NCBI GenBank assembly: GCA_039917105.1
Contig: JBDSKE010000251.1
Coordinates: 16,035-80,034, forward strand
Length of the DNA stretch: 64,000 nt
Direction of reading: 5' to 3'
Source: Candidatus Eiseniibacteriota bacterium
Lineage (GTDB): Bacteria; Eisenbacteria; RBG-16-71-46
The translations under genes were made by a program, and so were the position numbers. Below the pieces are notes generated by a model. It made no database searches, had not been told where the DNA came from, and saw only the letters and a list, made by a program, of their open reading frames with translations. Positions 56,367 to 64,000 of the stretch are shown here, piece by piece (positions within the stretch are counted from its first letter, which is position 1; each line of letters starts with the position of its first letter).

Positions 56367-58607
56367 CTACCGCGGTACATTCGCGCGCGGCAGCCCCCAG
56401 AGTCGTTGCAATACCCAATCCAGGATGGCGATCTCCTGATCGCGGCGGAAGTACCACAGGGGGAAGCCGCTGAACACGACCGGGGCCCCATCGGCGCCTC
56501 GGTAGACCGTCATCACCACCCGCTCCGATCCCAATGACCCTCCCACGGTCTGGTAAAGCGAATCGAGCGGGCTCGAAACGATACCGTCGGGCTGACCGGG
56601 CAACTGTTCGCTGATGACATTGCCCTTGGTGAGCGCCTCCGCGGTGTAGGTGGTACGAAAGTAATCGGACTGATTCGTGCGGTTCGGCGCATAGACGTTG
56701 ATGGGATCAGTTGCGGGCGATTTCTCGAATAGATATTCGGGCAGTTCATCGTAGCTCGGCGCGCCCGGCCATCGCCCGAACCCGCTGGTGGCCCTCTGCG
56801 CCTGCGCGGTGCTGCCCACTCCGATCTCCGACTGCCAGCGAACAAGGTCGTACATGAAGCGGCCGGGAACCAACTCACCGTCCGCGTTCGAGAACACCGA
56901 ACTGCTCGTCGTGAGCTTGTCCCAGTCCCGTTGCAAGCAGGTCGCGGCACCGCCTCCCATGAGCCAGAGCTTGCCTCCCTGCGCCACCCAGGTCGCGAGC
57001 GTATTGCTGTTGCCGGGCTTCGCCATATAGCGCAGCGACGCCATCGGATCCCGCGTCAGATACGGGGCATTCTCATTCGCCGCACCCTTCTGGTCGGCGT
57101 ACCAGACGATGTGCCGGTAGCGACCCAACTGACTCAGCCGCAGCACGCCATCCGGCACGAAGCGGGTCCCCACCGTGTCGTAGGCATAGCCCTTGAAGAT
57201 GCCGGGAGGGCTCTGGATTCCCGCGGGATAAGCCCGCCACGGCACGCCGCCGCCGGCGAACATGAAGGTGTCGAGTTCCGCTGCGGTCGGCCAACTCCCC
57301 TTGGGCCGATCGAGCGTCCCGTTCGTCAACCTCACATCCGGATTGAAGCGCGTGTCATTCACGAACAGCAGGACCTTGTCGAATGTCGCACGAACCACCG
57401 TGAACTGGACGATCGAGAGGCTCACTTGGTCGATGTTGTCGCGTGCCTCGACATAGAAGTAGTGCGTCTCGGTGTTGATGCCGGGCGGCAACACGAACGC
57501 CGGCAGACGCACACCCGTCGCGCCGGGGGACCATTGGCTCCAATGCCGCAGGTCGCTCAACTCGTTCGTGCGCTGGGTCTCATCCCCGATGTCCCCATCG
57601 AGCATCCAGCGATAGCCCGCGACGAATCCCCCCGATGAAGCAACGGCGAACCAGTTGAATCGCACGGCCTGCTCGGCAGGAACTTCCGCTCGGATGTATC
57701 CCGAGGGATCGCGCGAAACACCGCCCGAAGGGTATTGGTAATAGAAAGATTCGTTATACACAGTGAATCGAGGCCCGAGTAGGCCGAGATAGCTCACCCC
57801 GAAGAACAACATGTTCACATCAAGGTTGAACACCGGCGAATACGCTCCAGCCTCATCAAAGGCCACGATGATGGCCACGTAGCGCTTGTCTGGCAGGAGG
57901 TTGCGAACATCGATCGCGGTTGCGCTGGCGCCGAGCGAATCCCACCCATCGAAATGTGGCGCATAGTGCTTGCGCAATGAATCCGGACGGAGCAGCAGCG
58001 TGAAGAAATCGAACTCACGGTTGTCTTCGGCGAAGACCTTGAACTTGTAGTACACCGGCTTGGTGGTCGTGCGCCCGTCCGGATCAGTGCCCGCCCAATT
58101 GAGCCGGACTCCGGGCCCGAATGTCGGAGTCAGCAAGTGGTTCGGGACTGGATTCACGAACTTCACCGTCGGCGTGACCGTGTAGGACGTGAACGCGCGA
58201 ATCTCGGGAGCCGACTCGCCGCCACGATCGTCCACCGCCTTGATCACGAATGTGTGAAAGCCCTTGGCGGTGGGGGATGCCAGCGAATCGGCATTCTCGG
58301 AGCGGAACAGGAAGGTCTGGCGATTCTCCGTGGTCTTCACCCACGCGGTATCCACACCGGGCTCGGTGGGCGGGTCGACGCAGTACAGGAAGTGGTCGAT
58401 GCGGCCATCGTCATCGAACCCGGCCCAACGAATCTCGTAGGCATAGAAGAACGCCTGGCGCGGGTCGGTTGGCGCCTGGGTGATCTGCACTCTCGGCCGT
58501 TGATTGGCCAATGGCGCCAGCGCGGCGTTCTTGCCGCAACCAAGCGTCGCCAGTGCCCCGGTCGCCGCGACCAGCACGCCCGTGCGCAGGAGCCGACCGC
58601 CCATCAT
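56367..58607 (-). CDS. large lipoprotein of unknown function
   Basis: Lipobox ALATLGCGK; 746 aa without recognisable catalytic motif; start overlaps stop of upstream protease gene (ATGA 58604-58607). Confidence 0.5.
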   Translation of the reverse strand: MMGGRLLRTGVLVAATGALATLGCGKNAALAPLANQRPRVQITQAPTDPRQAFFYAYEIRWAGFDDDGRIDHFLYCVDPPTEPGVDTAWVKTTENRQTFLFRSENADSLASPTAKGFHTFVIKAVDDRGGESAPEIRAFTSYTVTPTVKFVNPVPNHLLTPTFGPGVRLNWAGTDPDGRTTTKPVYYKFKVFAEDNREFDFFTLLLRPDSLRKHYAPHFDGWDSLGASATAIDVRNLLPDKRYVAIIVAFDEAGAYSPVFNLDVNMLFFGVSYLGLLGPRFTVYNESFYYQYPSGGVSRDPSGYIRAEVPAEQAVRFNWFAVASSGGFVAGYRWMLDGDIGDETQRTNELSDLRHWSQWSPGATGVRLPAFVLPPGINTETHYFYVEARDNIDQVSLSIVQFTVVRATFDKVLLFVNDTRFNPDVRLTNGTLDRPKGSWPTAAELDTFMFAGGGVPWRAYPAGIQSPPGIFKGYAYDTVGTRFVPDGVLRLSQLGRYRHIVWYADQKGAANENAPYLTRDPMASLRYMAKPGNSNTLATWVAQGGKLWLMGGGAATCLQRDWDKLTTSSSVFSNADGELVPGRFMYDLVRWQSEIGVGSTAQAQRATSGFGRWPGAPSYDELPEYLFEKSPATDPINVYAPNRTNQSDYFRTTYTAEALTKGNVISEQLPGQPDGIVSSPLDSLYQTVGGSLGSERVVMTVYRGADGAPVVFSGFPLWYFRRDQEIAILDWVLQRLWGLPRANVPR

Positions 58608-60511
58608 CGCAGCATCTCCTTGAGCCGCACGGTCAAGACTCGCGGCGCTCCGTCGCGCTCCACCGTGAGGGTGAGGGTACGGCCATCAGGGCCGTCCTCA
58701 AGACGGTTGTCGATCGCACGCACGTCCCATTCCAGAATCGGCTTGCCGTCAAGCGCGATCACGCGTTCTCCCTCGCGGAGTCCCGCTCTTGCGGCCGCCG
58801 AACCCGGCAGCACCGACAGTGCAGTCACATGATCCCGATACCAGCCCAGCGTGAGCCCGGTACGAGTGAGCATGTCGCGATTGGGATAGCGCTTTCCCGG
58901 TTCGAGGAAGATCTGATGACGTTCGTAATCCAATGTCAGGCGAAAGCGCTCGAGCAATCGGTTGCCGATGTTGCCGGCGAACTCCTCGCTTGCGAATGCA
59001 CCCTCCGTGGCACTGGAGAGCAGCACGATCGGGTCGACCCAGCTGTAGGGCCCGAGTTCCATGCGCTTCAATCGTCCCAGCGTGCTGTGGAAGTCACCGC
59101 CGAAGCCAGTCCCGGCGATCGCGAGGGAGTGACGCAAACGCGACCTGAGTTGGTTCTGCCGGACGAACGGCGTGTGCAGGTCCACGGTACTGCTGCTGCC
59201 CACGTCCAGACGGAACACGCCCTCGTACCGACCGTCGAGGCGGCCCCGCAGGCCCGGCACCGTGCCATTCATGACCATCGGCAATGGTGCCTCGACGCCC
59301 GGAAACCTCCAGCCCTTGGGGTCGTGCAGAGTCAGGGTCCCGGCGTCATAGTCAATCGTGCTGACGAAACGGCTGATCACGTCGTACCCGATCACGCCTG
59401 CCAGATCCCGCCAGAAGTACGCCGAGAATGCCGGCGCCACATTCATGACGGCAACTTTGAGGCCGCTGACCTCCACCCCGTCGCCATCCACGCCGCGGAT
59501 CGCAAGCGAGCCGAGCTTTGCGAACGTCGCGCTTCCCGACGCACCGGCACCCGCAGCTTGCATGCGCCCGGAGGTTGCGATGCCGTGCCGGGCTGCGAAT
59601 CCACTGTCCAGCACGGTCACGCTGGCACCGGTGTCGAACAGGAAATCCTCGGGGGGACCGCCCTCGAGGGAGACCTTGAGCCAGAGGTGGCGCGCACGGT
59701 ATTCCACGGGCAGCACCGCCACGCCCGCATGCCGGAGCCATTTCACCGCATCGCCGCTCGATTGGTCGGGAGCACGAAATGGCAAGCCCTCGACCGAAGG
59801 GTTCACCGCGATCGAATCAGTGGTGGCGGTCAGCCGGTTCATGGGCATCTCGGCCACATGGGTCACGCTCACGAACGCTCGCGAGCGCCCTTGGACCGAG
59901 CGCCAGTCGGAAAGCTCGGTGATGACACTCTGGGCATCCCGCGGCGACACCACCCGCGCCAGAAGCCCCGTGCGTTCATCGAACCACAGCCGACGAGGCT
60001 TGACGCCTTGGAACGGGGAACTCACACGCAACACCGTGTATGTCCCCAGGGAGTCGCGTTCCTTTCGATCGAGATCCACGCTTCCACCGCCCTGATCCGC
60101 CTCGGCCCATCGCTCCAACTCGAACCAGGTGCTCACGCGCGCATCGAGCAGATCGTTGTCCGTCAGTTGGACCACTCTGCTCGTGGTGGGATCGGTTCGC
60201 CACGCACTCGCGCCGTCCGAACCCTCGGCGAGCGAGAAAGGGCCGAGCGTGGTACGACTGTGGTGCCGGTCAGGTCGCTCGCTCCAGGACTCGAAACGCC
60301 CAGTGAAACCAAAGCCGTTCACCTGAGCACGGGTATACAGCGTTCGCTCCGAGTGGAATGCAGCCGATCCGCCGGTGGCGGTGAGATAGCGCGCCACCAC
60401 ACTCGCGGCGGGCTGTGTGATCGCGGCCCGGCTCCCGGGAGTGGCCGCAAATGACCCGATGAACAATAACGCCGTCGCCGCGGCCACGCGACGCCCGGAC
60501 GGATGGGCCAA
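58604..60511 (-). CDS. secreted protein with two retropepsin-like aspartyl protease domains and C-terminal PDZ domain
   Basis: FDTGASVTVLD (DTGA) and LDVGSSSTVDL motifs; C-terminal PDZ-like GLREGERVIALDGKPI; start reassigned to TTG 60511 preceded by perfect AAGGAGG (5-nt spacer) and followed by signal peptide RRVAAATALLFIGSFAATPGSRAA. Confidence 0.6.
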   Translation of the reverse strand: MAHPSGRRVAAATALLFIGSFAATPGSRAAITQPAASVVARYLTATGGSAAFHSERTLYTRAQVNGFGFTGRFESWSERPDRHHSRTTLGPFSLAEGSDGASAWRTDPTTSRVVQLTDNDLLDARVSTWFELERWAEADQGGGSVDLDRKERDSLGTYTVLRVSSPFQGVKPRRLWFDERTGLLARVVSPRDAQSVITELSDWRSVQGRSRAFVSVTHVAEMPMNRLTATTDSIAVNPSVEGLPFRAPDQSSGDAVKWLRHAGVAVLPVEYRARHLWLKVSLEGGPPEDFLFDTGASVTVLDSGFAARHGIATSGRMQAAGAGASGSATFAKLGSLAIRGVDGDGVEVSGLKVAVMNVAPAFSAYFWRDLAGVIGYDVISRFVSTIDYDAGTLTLHDPKGWRFPGVEAPLPMVMNGTVPGLRGRLDGRYEGVFRLDVGSSSTVDLHTPFVRQNQLRSRLRHSLAIAGTGFGGDFHSTLGRLKRMELGPYSWVDPIVLLSSATEGAFASEEFAGNIGNRLLERFRLTLDYERHQIFLEPGKRYPNRDMLTRTGLTLGWYRDHVTALSVLPGSAAARAGLREGERVIALDGKPILEWDVRAIDNRLEDGPDGRTLTLTVERDGAPRVLTVRLKEMLR

Positions 60512-60664
60512 TGCAGCCTCCTTAGTAGGAAAAGTCAGAGTGAGGCTCGATTCTAGCGGACCGGACGGGTGCGCGTCTCGATATGATTGCCTCAAGCGGG
60601 TTCGCGTGCTACTCCTCGTGCCGCACCGCGTGCCGCACCGTACCGTCAACTGGAAGGGAAACCC

Positions 60665-61153
60665 ATGTTCCGTTGGAATCTCGCGCTTGTCGCCCTGTTC
60701 ATCGCGCTTGTCGCCCCCGCACCGGTCAATGCCTTTTCGGCTTTCGGCCCCCATCTCGGCTTCAGTTCAGGCCCGGACCAGATCATCCTGGGCGCGCACC
60801 TGCAGTTCGGTGACGTCGCGCCGCAGTTGGACTTCGTCCCGGGCATCGACCTCGGCTTCGGCGACAATCTGACGCTCATCTCGATCAACGGCGATTTCCA
60901 CTACCGCTTCGATGTCACGGGCTCCTCGTGGCAGCCCTATGCAGGCGCCGGCGTCGGTCTCCACTTCATCCAGTACGACAACAATGGCCCCTATAGCGAC
61001 GGGAGCGCCACCGAGGGCGGCGGTCATTTCATCCTCGGAGCCGACGTGCCGACCAAGAGCGGCAGCCGCTTCTTCGCTGAGTTGAAGTTAGGGCTGAACA
61101 GCCGCTCCCCGGATCTCAAGGTCCTGGCCGGCTGGAGCTTCCGATCGCATTGA
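60665..61153 (+). CDS. small outer-membrane beta-barrel protein
   Basis: Signal peptide MFRWNLALVALFIALVAPAPVNA; alternating beta-strand pattern; GGAAGGGAA RBS upstream of ATG 60665. Confidence 0.55.
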   Translation: MFRWNLALVALFIALVAPAPVNAFSAFGPHLGFSSGPDQIILGAHLQFGDVAPQLDFVPGIDLGFGDNLTLISINGDFHYRFDVTGSSWQPYAGAGVGLHFIQYDNNGPYSDGSATEGGGHFILGADVPTKSGSRFFAELKLGLNSRSPDLKVLAGWSFRSH

Positions 61154-61176
61154 TCCCGCACACGTCGGAGTGACCA

Positions 61177-61207
61177 GACGCCGGAGCGGCAAGCCCGCTC
61201 CGGCGTC
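61177..61207. terminator. bidirectional intrinsic terminator-like hairpin between convergent genes
   Basis: Perfect inverted repeat GACGCCGGAGCGG-caagc-CCGCTCCGGCGTC (13-bp GC-rich stem, 5-nt loop) followed by TTCGTATGT; lies between OMP gene end (61153) and dsbD end (61228). Confidence 0.5.
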
Positions 61208-61227
61208 TTCGTATGTCGCCGATGCGA

Positions 61228-63093
61228 TCAGCGGGCCCCGGCCAGGCGCATGCGCTCAACGAACACCTGAGGCGGGACGAATCCCTCGACCCGTGCTGCC
61301 GACACTTCGCCCTTGCCCGGAACCAGGAAGATCACCGTGGGGACCCCGGTGACGCCGTACTTCTGGCGTGAGCGGTCCGATTCGACGGATTTGAACTGGG
61401 TGAGATCGACGCGATAGGCGTCGAAGCCGCCCGCCAGCGCGGCCACTCGTTTGTCCGGGAAAGTCTGCTGTTCGAGCTCGTGGCAGGGCGCGCACCAGTT
61501 CGCCGTGAAATCAATCAATACCGGGCGCCCCTTGCCCAGGCTCTCCTCCACCGCCTTTTCGGAGAACGGCACGAACACGATGCCTCGTGAGCGCGCGGCC
61601 ACGACCTGCAACACAAGCATCACCGCTGCCAGCAGCGCCAGTCCGCCACCGAAGCGCTTGAACAGCCGGAAGCCCTTGCGGTCATTCGCGCTCTTCTCCA
61701 TGTAGCCCAGGTACATGCCGCCAAGCAACAGCGCCGCCGGGACCACCCAGGGCGCGACTCCCGGCGCCAGGGCGAGAGCCACATAGTTGAGCCCGATGGT
61801 CGCCAGCAGAACGCCGAACAGTTTCTTCACCCAGACCATCCAGCCGCCGGAACGCGGCAGACTCTGGATCAGGTTCGAGAACGCCGCGAGGAACAGGTAG
61901 GGAAAGCCCAGCCCGATCGACAACGTGAACATGGTCTGCAAGCCGAATGGCACGCTGGCCTTCTGCGCGACTACCGCGAGCACACCCACCACGACAGGGC
62001 CAACGCACGGCGCCGCGATCACGCCCACGCCCAGGCCCGACAGGAAGATGCCCAACACCGAGGTGGTGTCCGCGCCGCCCAGTCGATCCATCATCCAACC
62101 GGGAAGTTGCAGCTCGTACAGACCGAACATGGAGAGCGAAAGCGCCATGAGCAACACGCCCAGAGCCACATTGACCAGCGGATTCTGCAGCGCCGCGCCG
62201 AACAGTCCTCCCGTGAGCGCGGCCACAACGCCCAGCGCCGAATACATGACCGCGATGCCGAGCACGTAGGCGACCGCATGCAGGAGGACTTTAGGAAGCG
62301 GCTCCTTGCGGCGTGCCCCGAAGATGCTGACCGTGACGCCGAGCATGGGGAACACGCACGGGGTGAGGTTGAGCGACAACCCCAAGAGGAAAAGCAGCAC
62401 GAACCACATGAAGCCGCCGCGCTGGAGCGTGTCCTGGAGTTGCTGTTGCACGGCACCCGAGCTGCCGGGAGGTGGTCCGGTCTGAAAGCCGCTACCGCTG
62501 GGCGTGTTCGCCCCGGCAGTACCCCCGGGCGGCGCACGAGTGGTATCAGCGGCGACAGTACTGTCAGACGGCGTCAGCGCGGCGCCGCTTGAGGAGCCTC
62601 CGGTGACGGTCACCTCGACGGTGAAGTCCACCGAGGTCGGAGGAAGGCAGACCTGGTCATTGCAACCCTGGTACTCCACCGTTCCACGCAGTGTGTGCTT
62701 GCCGTTCGCCGCCCCGGCCGCGGCGGTGAGCGGCACACGCACTTCGGCTTTGTCGTCATAAACCAGGAGTGGCTGGTCTTCGATCGACAACTTGCGGCTC
62801 TTGCCGGGCGGATACGCCACTTTGCCGGGTTGCACTCCTGAAGCGGATTGCAGGGCCACCACGGTGGCGATGTTGTACTCCAGCGCTGCCGGGTTGGCGT
62901 TGATGTGCCACCCGGGCAGGATGCGCAGTGTCACCGTGGCGACGGCGCTCCCGCCCGCCGCGAGCGTGACGGGCGATGCCTTTGGTTCGACCAGCGTTTC
63001 GGCGACCGGGGTTCGAGCGCCCTGTGCGCCAAGAGGCAACGCATTCAACACCAGTGCAAGGCAGCTGCCGGCCAGGATTCCCAAACGCTTCAT
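61228..63093 (-). CDS. dsbD: thiol:disulfide interchange protein DsbD (alpha domain - TM domain - thioredoxin domain)
   Basis: N-terminal DsbD-alpha with CNDQVC; central TM domain with CVFP; C-terminal thioredoxin WCAPCH; start ATG 63093 overlaps upstream stop (TGATG); signal peptide MKRLGILAGSCLALVLNA. Confidence 0.85.
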   Translation of the reverse strand: MKRLGILAGSCLALVLNALPLGAQGARTPVAETLVEPKASPVTLAAGGSAVATVTLRILPGWHINANPAALEYNIATVVALQSASGVQPGKVAYPPGKSRKLSIEDQPLLVYDDKAEVRVPLTAAAGAANGKHTLRGTVEYQGCNDQVCLPPTSVDFTVEVTVTGGSSSGAALTPSDSTVAADTTRAPPGGTAGANTPSGSGFQTGPPPGSSGAVQQQLQDTLQRGGFMWFVLLFLLGLSLNLTPCVFPMLGVTVSIFGARRKEPLPKVLLHAVAYVLGIAVMYSALGVVAALTGGLFGAALQNPLVNVALGVLLMALSLSMFGLYELQLPGWMMDRLGGADTTSVLGIFLSGLGVGVIAAPCVGPVVVGVLAVVAQKASVPFGLQTMFTLSIGLGFPYLFLAAFSNLIQSLPRSGGWMVWVKKLFGVLLATIGLNYVALALAPGVAPWVVPAALLLGGMYLGYMEKSANDRKGFRLFKRFGGGLALLAAVMLVLQVVAARSRGIVFVPFSEKAVEESLGKGRPVLIDFTANWCAPCHELEQQTFPDKRVAALAGGFDAYRVDLTQFKSVESDRSRQKYGVTGVPTVIFLVPGKGEVSAARVEGFVPPQVFVERMRLAGAR

Positions 63094-64000
63094 CAATGCT
63101 CCTCTCCCGCCGCAGGGGCGGTGGATCGCAACTGCTGCTCGAGCGCTGCCGGATCGGTCACCGGCAATCGGCACGCCCGATCGACACAGACATAGGCCGT
63201 CGCCCGGCCGTCCAATCGCGGCAGGTGCGCCGCGAAGGGCGCCACTTGGAGCAGGCTCGCACGCGAGGCCTCGTCCACAAGCACGAGCGCGTCCGGGACC
63301 ATCGCGTTCCGGGTGTAGGCCTCGAGTAATGCGCAAGTGTCCGCAGCGTCCCGTTCTCCAACGATGACCACATGACGTGGCGGGTGGACCCACAGGTCCA
63401 TCGCCACCAACAAGCGTGGCATGACCCAGGCATTCCCCGCCAACCGCCGAGCGTGATACGCGAACGTGGCCTCGGCTCTCTGGGTGAGAAGGGCATCGCC
63501 CGTGAAACCAGCCAGTCGCACCAGCACCTCGGCGGCCACAGAGTTCCCCGCCATCTCGGCGCCATCGAAACCGTCCTTCATGCGCACGAGCACATGCGGA
63601 TCGCCCGCCGGGCTCTCGAAGCATCCCCCCGAGACGTCATCCCAGAAACGCGCCAGCATGGCATTCGTGACCGAAAGTGCCCGCTCGAGCCAGCGCGGCT
63701 GCTGCGTGGCGGCGTGCAACTCGAGGCAGCCGCGGGCGTAATAGGCATGATCGTCCAGCTGGCCGGCACCAGCAGCCTCACCTAGACGCCAACGCCGCAG
63801 CAGCGCTCCCGTCGGCGCTGCGCCCCCCTCGCGCAGGTGACTCCAGACGAAATCCGCGGCCTGCTCCGCCCGCGCTGCGAGTTCGGGCCTCCCCAGCACC
63901 CGCGCGCCCTGTGCGCAGGCCGCGATCATCAGCCCGTTCCAGGCAGTCAGGACCTTGTCGTCCAGATGCGGTCGCACACGCTTGGAGCGCACTTCGAGCA
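63093..64000 (-). CDS. YyaL/SSP411-like thioredoxin-domain protein (DUF255 + six-hairpin glycosidase-like domain), C-terminal part only; 5' end beyond window
   Basis: ORF open to window end; C-terminal alpha/alpha-toroid segment typical of YyaL family; translationally coupled to dsbD. Confidence 0.6.
   Translation of the reverse strand, partial: LEVRSKRVRPHLDDKVLTAWNGLMIAACAQGARVLGRPELAARAEQAADFVWSHLREGGAAPTGALLRRWRLGEAAGAGQLDDHAYYARGCLELHAATQQPRWLERALSVTNAMLARFWDDVSGGCFESPAGDPHVLVRMKDGFDGAEMAGNSVAAEVLVRLAGFTGDALLTQRAEATFAYHARRLAGNAWVMPRLLVAMDLWVHPPRHVVIVGERDAADTCALLEAYTRNAMVPDALVLVDEASRASLLQVAPFAAHLPRLDGRATAYVCVDRACRLPVTDPAALEQQLRSTAPAAGEEH

Overview
High-GC (~68-70% by eye) bacterial chromosomal segment, densely coding on both strands (about 46 protein genes, no rRNA/tRNA/CRISPR/transposase/integrase/phage genes seen). 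Two large secreted proteins end in a T9SS-type C-terminal sorting domain, and the window is rich in lipoproteins, TPR proteins and secreted peptidases, which together with the GC content suggests an FCB-group organism such as Gemmatimonadota. This taxonomic guess is inference only.

Gene content, in order:
- a cut-off ECF sigma fragment, an anti-sigma factor and a CHAT-TPR lipoprotein
- a minus-strand module of a SNF2/SWIM helicase, a HEAT-repeat protein and an HD-GYP phosphodiesterase; the last two share a duplicated N-terminal domain
- acs
- a MocR-type regulator divergent from an AhpD-like/PEP-mutase-family pair, with a recognisable promoter and operator
- a 1767-aa T9SS cargo protein with internal repeats
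- an M1 peptidase
- a DNA-repair cluster (ada-alkA fusion, ogt, photolyase) translationally coupled to an HDAC-like gene
- an S9 peptidase and an arginase
- a CCP-like beta-propeller haem protein, a P1B-4 heavy-metal ATPase and a lipoprotein in one operon
- tldD/pmbA
- a Tat-signal nitroreductase-like protein
- a Mut7-C nuclease
- GT2 plus WecA-like glycosyltransferases
- several uncharacterised exported proteins
- a lipoprotein/Eis-GNAT/thioesterase/small-Tat-protein/amidase chain
- a lipoprotein coupled to a double retropepsin-PDZ protease
- dsbD and a YyaL-like gene cut by the window end

Start/stop overlaps of 1-4 nt (ATGA/TGATG) are unusually frequent and delimit the operons. No canonical defence island was recognised. 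The candidate novel systems are gene-neighbourhood hypotheses and are flagged as such. Several ORF-track starts were corrected using signal peptides, RBS motifs and overlap structure.
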